Assembly (NCBI GenBank): GCA_000004695.1
Contig: CM000153.2
Coordinates: 3,328,001 to 3,392,000, forward strand
Direction of reading: 5' to 3'
Length of the DNA: 64,000 nucleotides
Origin: Dictyostelium discoideum
Taxonomy: Eukaryota
Shown here: one piece after another, positions 60,707 through 64,000 of the stretch
Numbering within the stretch: the stretch's first letter is position 1
How the letters are laid out: every line of letters begins with the position of its first letter
Program-made: the position numbers and the translations under genes
The notes under the pieces: model-generated
The model's input: only the letters and a program-made list of their open reading frames with translations
Database searches by the model: none
What the model was told of the DNA's origin: nothing

Positions 60707-61405
60707 ATATTTTAAATATCTCCGTTAGACTTTTAAGAGCTGGAAGTTAGTAAACAAAAAAAAAAAAAAAAAAAAAATATAAAAAAAGATAAAAAAAAAA
60801 AAAAAAGAAAAAAAAAAAGAAATAAAAAATGTGGTATTAAAATTTGTAAATAAATAAATAAAGCTGTAATTAAATTTAATCAAATAAAAAATTTTATGGA
60901 AGAATTTTTTAGAAAACAAAAAAAAAAAAAAAAAAAAAAAAATTATTTGAAAATCTAGCAAACGATCGAACGTAAAAAATAATTGGATATTATTTTATGA
61001 AAATTAGAAATCTATTTTAAAAAGTTTAATTTAAATAATGTTTTGGATTGGTTTTATTAAAAAAATTATTTTTTATATGCAAAAGTTATTTTTTAATTTT
61101 TTTTTTTTTTTTTATCAAAATGATTATTTTAAAAAGTTTTGTTTTTTTTTTTTTCTTTTTTTAAAATTTAAAGAAATTATCATGTGATTATTTTAAAATC
61201 CAAACGAAATAAAAGAAATTTATTTTTTAAAAATATCTTTTTCACCAAAAAAAAAAAAAAAAAACCATCGTTTGTGTAAAAAAAAAAATACATTTCGATA
61301 AAATTCAAAATCAGAAAAAAAGTTACTTTTTTAACAAAAAATGACAGAAAAATATAAGGTAAACTTTTTTTATATTTTATTTTTATTTTATTTTTTAAAT
61401 TATAA

Positions 61406-62370
61406 TTTCAATGTTGTAATTTTCCGACATCATTTTCTCAAATTAATTCAACAAATGGGTTTTTAATATCAGAAGGCAGAAGTTTAATTTCAATTGAACA
61501 TGGAGACTTGAATGGTGATGGTAATGATGATTTGATATATTCTATAAATTCAGAAGGACTATATGTATTTTATGGGCCATTGGCAAGTAATTTTGATTTT
61601 CAACATTAAATGGAGTAATGGTTTTTTAATTAATAATTTCAATCCATTTTCTGCTTATCTTTATGATATGAATAATGATGGGATTGGTGATATAATGATA
61701 AATAGGGGACATATAGCAATCGATATTATTTATGGTAGTAGAGGTCCTTTTACCTCACCATATATCCCAGTTTATGATGGTGTCAAAAGTACCAGTTTCA
61801 GCTTTTTAGGTTGCTCAATAGATACTAATACTCTTCCAAATGCTTTTGGAGATTTTAATAATGATGGACTTAATGATTTTGGTGTAATTTATTCTTTATT
61901 ATTTTTGATTATTCTTATTCTTTATTATTCTTTATTGTTATTATACTAATTTTTACATTTTATTAAAAAATTTTAGATTCTTACAAGACTGACTTCGGGT
62001 GACCAAATAGCTTTTTTGGTTTGGGGTAAAACAGAATATCCACCAACAACAACATTAAGTATAAATCTAAATCCATCGGATGGTTTGGTTATAACAGTTG
62101 TTGGCAACACCTATAACTGGGCTTTATCTCCTAGATTGGGGATATAAATAATGATGGATTTGCAGATTTTTTAATCAGTGGTAACACTGACCTCCCATTC
62201 ACCATTTTGTATGGTAATAATAAAAATTATGCTTCAAATCCAATTTATTTAAAAGATCAAGTTGGTGATTGTTCAATAATGTCAATTAATGGCTATGTTG
62301 AGGCTATTGATATTGGTGATTATAACTCTGATGGTATTCATGATATTGTAATTAATATTATATTAAATCA

Positions 62371-62446
<76 letters not shown>

Positions 62447-63713
62447 TTTAAATAATTCTATTCTATCAGACAGCATATATAATAGCAACAGGTTCATATT
62501 TAGATATTTATACACTATATGGTCAAACTTCAATTGGTTCAATTTCAATAATTGGTAAATTATTTCTACCAAATCCAGTGTCAAACACAATTTATAAATT
62601 ATTTGAAAATAATATTAATTCAGAAGTTGGACAATGCGCAATTAGAATTGTTACATTAACAATTGAAAATTCAGCAAATGAAGATCAATTTATTATTGAT
62701 CCTAGTTTCAATAGTTCAATATATTCAATAGCATTTAATAATAATACAAGAGTTAGAATTGAGTTAATATTATTTGGTGATGAGAGTAAATCAATTGCAA
62801 ATGATGTTTTACCAAAAATAACAGTTTCATTATCACCTCAACTATTTAATAGAACTGTATTAATGAAATATGGTAATCAAGTACAATCAATTAATGCCCA
62901 AATGCAAATTGTGACACAAAATGTTTAAATAGTGGTACTTGTAATCCACTCACTGGTTGCCAATGTATAAATGATCATTATGGTGATTTTTGTGAATTAA
63001 AAGATTGTACAGTTCCACAATGTTTAAATGGTGGTTCATATAATACAACAGTTGATGAATGTTCATGTCCTCAAGGTTATGAAGGTACGGATTGCAGTGG
63101 TATTAGTTGTTCAGCTTCATGTTTAAATGGTGGCTCATGTAATACTACGGTTGGTGAATGTTCATGTCCTCAAGGTTATGAAGGTATGGATTGCAGTGGT
63201 ATTAGTTGTCCAGTTTCATGTTTAAATGGTGGTTCATGTAATACTATGGTTGGTGACTGTTCATGTATAAATGGCTTTTATGGTGATGATTGTGATACAA
63301 AGGATTGTACAGTTCCACAATGTTTAAATGGTGGTTCATGTAATACAACAGTTGGCGAATGTTCATGCACTCAAGGTTATGAAGGTATAGATTGTAGTGG
63401 TATTAGTTGTTCAGTTTCATGTTTAAATGGTGGTTTATGTAATACTACAGTTGGTCAATGTCAATGTGTTGAAGATTATGAAGGCGATGGTTGTGGTTCT
63501 GAAAACAAAAAGAAAATAAATATTGGTGTTATTATTGGTCGAATTTTAGATGGTCTTGCACTAATTGCAATTATTGTTGTTGCCATTGTTTTAATTAAAA
63601 AGAAGAAGAATGGAAATTCAAAGAAAAATACAAATAACATTGAATTAAGACCTCAAAGTTCCACTGTTGATATTCAAATGGGTGGTAGAATTAAAAATCT
63701 TGATAAATTTTAA
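61406..63713 (+). CDS. type-I membrane protein with FG-GAP (integrin-alpha-like) repeats, about 7 EGF-like repeats, a TM helix and a short basic tail; coding frame broken at >=3 points (possible pseudogene or sequencing errors)
   Basis: FG-GAP Ca-binding motifs (DxNxDGxxD) lie in consecutive open segments: GDLNGDGNDDLIYS (61406..61609), YDMNNDGIGDIMIN..FNNDGLNDFG (61548..61883, GTAATT donor), ILTRLTSGDQIAFLVWG (exon from 61977), IGDINNDGFADFLISG..GDYNSDGIHDI (62135..62361, GTAATT donor), and TAYIIATGSY... (62467..62928). The frame slips at 61590-61612 (T4 run), 62138-62141 (G4 run; one extra G would restore ..SPRLGDINNDG..) and 62895-62912 (C3 run). The last frame, 62895..63713, encodes six-Cys EGF modules (CLNGGSCNTTVGECSCPQGYEGxDC) x7, the TM helix IGVIIGRILDGLALIAIIVVAIVLI, and KKKKNG...*. 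Confidence 0.5.
62372..62443. repeat. (TTA)n trinucleotide microsatellite (~24 units) inside an intron of the FG-GAP/EGF gene
   Basis: Perfect attattatt... tract. The ORF-track poly-Leu tail of 62207..62455 is an artefact of this tract. Confidence 0.85.
62895..63713 (+). CDS. terminal coding segment of the FG-GAP/EGF gene: 7 tandem EGF-like repeats + TM + cytoplasmic tail (272 codons, intact frame)
   Basis: The frame is open from the TAA at 62892 to the TAA at 63711. The ORF-track entry 63186..63713 is its internal-ATG subset. The EGF units are about 99 nt long and several are near-identical at the nucleotide level. Confidence 0.7.
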   Translation, partial: CPNANCDTKCLNSGTCNPLTGCQCINDHYGDFCELKDCTVPQCLNGGSYNTTVDECSCPQGYEGTDCSGISCSASCLNGGSCNTTVGECSCPQGYEGMDCSGISCPVSCLNGGSCNTMVGDCSCINGFYGDDCDTKDCTVPQCLNGGSCNTTVGECSCTQGYEGIDCSGISCSVSCLNGGLCNTTVGQCQCVEDYEGDGCGSENKKKINIGVIIGRILDGLALIAIIVVAIVLIKKKKNGNSKKNTNNIELRPQSSTVDIQMGGRIKNLDKF

Positions 63714-63877
63714 ATTTAAAAAGAGATTATTTTAAATCAATTATGTTGTATTATTATTATTTTTTAACAAAAAAAATAAAAAAAAAAAAAAAAAATTTTG
63801 ATCAAAATGATTATAATAAAAAAAAATACAAACCGCAGGGGTTATTTTTAAAAATAATTTGAAACAATTCAGTGATT

Positions 63878-64000
63878 TCAAAATAAATAAAAATAATTAG
63901 CATCATTATCATCATTAAGCACTAGTTCTTTGAAATAAAGTGTTTCTTCAATTGAAACTGGTAGTTCAAGTGGTTCATTTGGTTCAAATGAAACATCGGG
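63878..64000 (-). CDS. 3' end (last ~40 codons) of a minus-strand gene continuing beyond the window end; product unknown
   Basis: Reverse-strand frame open from the window edge to TGA (plus 63878..63880): ..DVSFEPNEPLELPVSIEETLYFKELVLNDDNDANYFYLF*. The composition is coding-like, but the segment is too short to identify. Confidence 0.3.
   Translation of the reverse strand, partial: PDVSFEPNEPLELPVSIEETLYFKELVLNDDNDANYFYLF

Noticed and set aside
61341-61358. ATGACAGAAAAATATAAG|GTAAAC as first exon of the FG-GAP/EGF gene
   Set aside because: The only downstream acceptor (..atatcag at 61472) joins out of frame with the FG-GAP segment (it gives KAEV*). The true 5' end remains unresolved, so it is not annotated.
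62860-62930. Possible 60-nt intron (GTAATC...AATAG, 62871-62930) joining the last FG-GAP segment to the EGF segment
   Set aside because: The splice phase does not give the EGF frame (it yields an immediate stop). There is no AG between the upstream stop of the EGF frame (62892) and the first Cys codon, so a frameshift, not splicing, separates the frames.

Overview
The window is extremely AT-rich (about 75-80% A+T), full of poly(A)/poly(T) tracts and short AT-rich GT...AG introns, and its proteins carry Asn/Gln-rich low-complexity stretches. It therefore looks like Dictyostelium-type (dictyostelid amoeba) nuclear DNA. I assign organism and gene identities from sequence features and from protein motifs I recognise; I ran no searches.

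The region is gene-dense, with about 35 protein-coding genes on both strands. Most are housekeeping genes, including Clp1, branched-chain aminotransferase, ASF1, Peter Pan/SSF1, ISY1, PEX12, dephospho-CoA kinase, UCH-L5, PPT1, OST3/6, adenylosuccinate synthetase, ribosomal protein S15, a Ctr copper transporter, cyclin L and an AIG1/FAR-17a hydrolase. Their introns are small and all have GT-AG ends; I worked out the exon boundaries by hand and give them in each evidence field.

There is one intron-containing tRNA-Tyr(GUA) gene. Just downstream of it sits a 5'-truncated non-LTR retrotransposon fragment ending in a poly(A) tail. This matches how tRNA-gene-targeted retroelements (TRE) insert in Dictyostelium.

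Upstream of the tRNA is a composite block: a decayed tRNA-Tyr copy, two copies of a T-run-led ~90-bp segment, and a ~65-bp inverted repeat.

Other notable items:
- Two tandem micro-genes encode ~55-aa paralogous proteins, each with a 4-codon first exon.
- There is a tandem pair of WD40 paralogs.
- There is a convergent pair of carboxylesterase paralogs with their intron at the same position.
- Two adjacent genes at the 3' end of the window have broken reading frames. One is a short-chain dehydrogenase. The other is an FG-GAP + EGF-repeat membrane protein whose frameshifts sit at homopolymer runs. They are either pseudogenes or base-call errors.

I found no CRISPR arrays, rRNA genes or prokaryotic-type operons.
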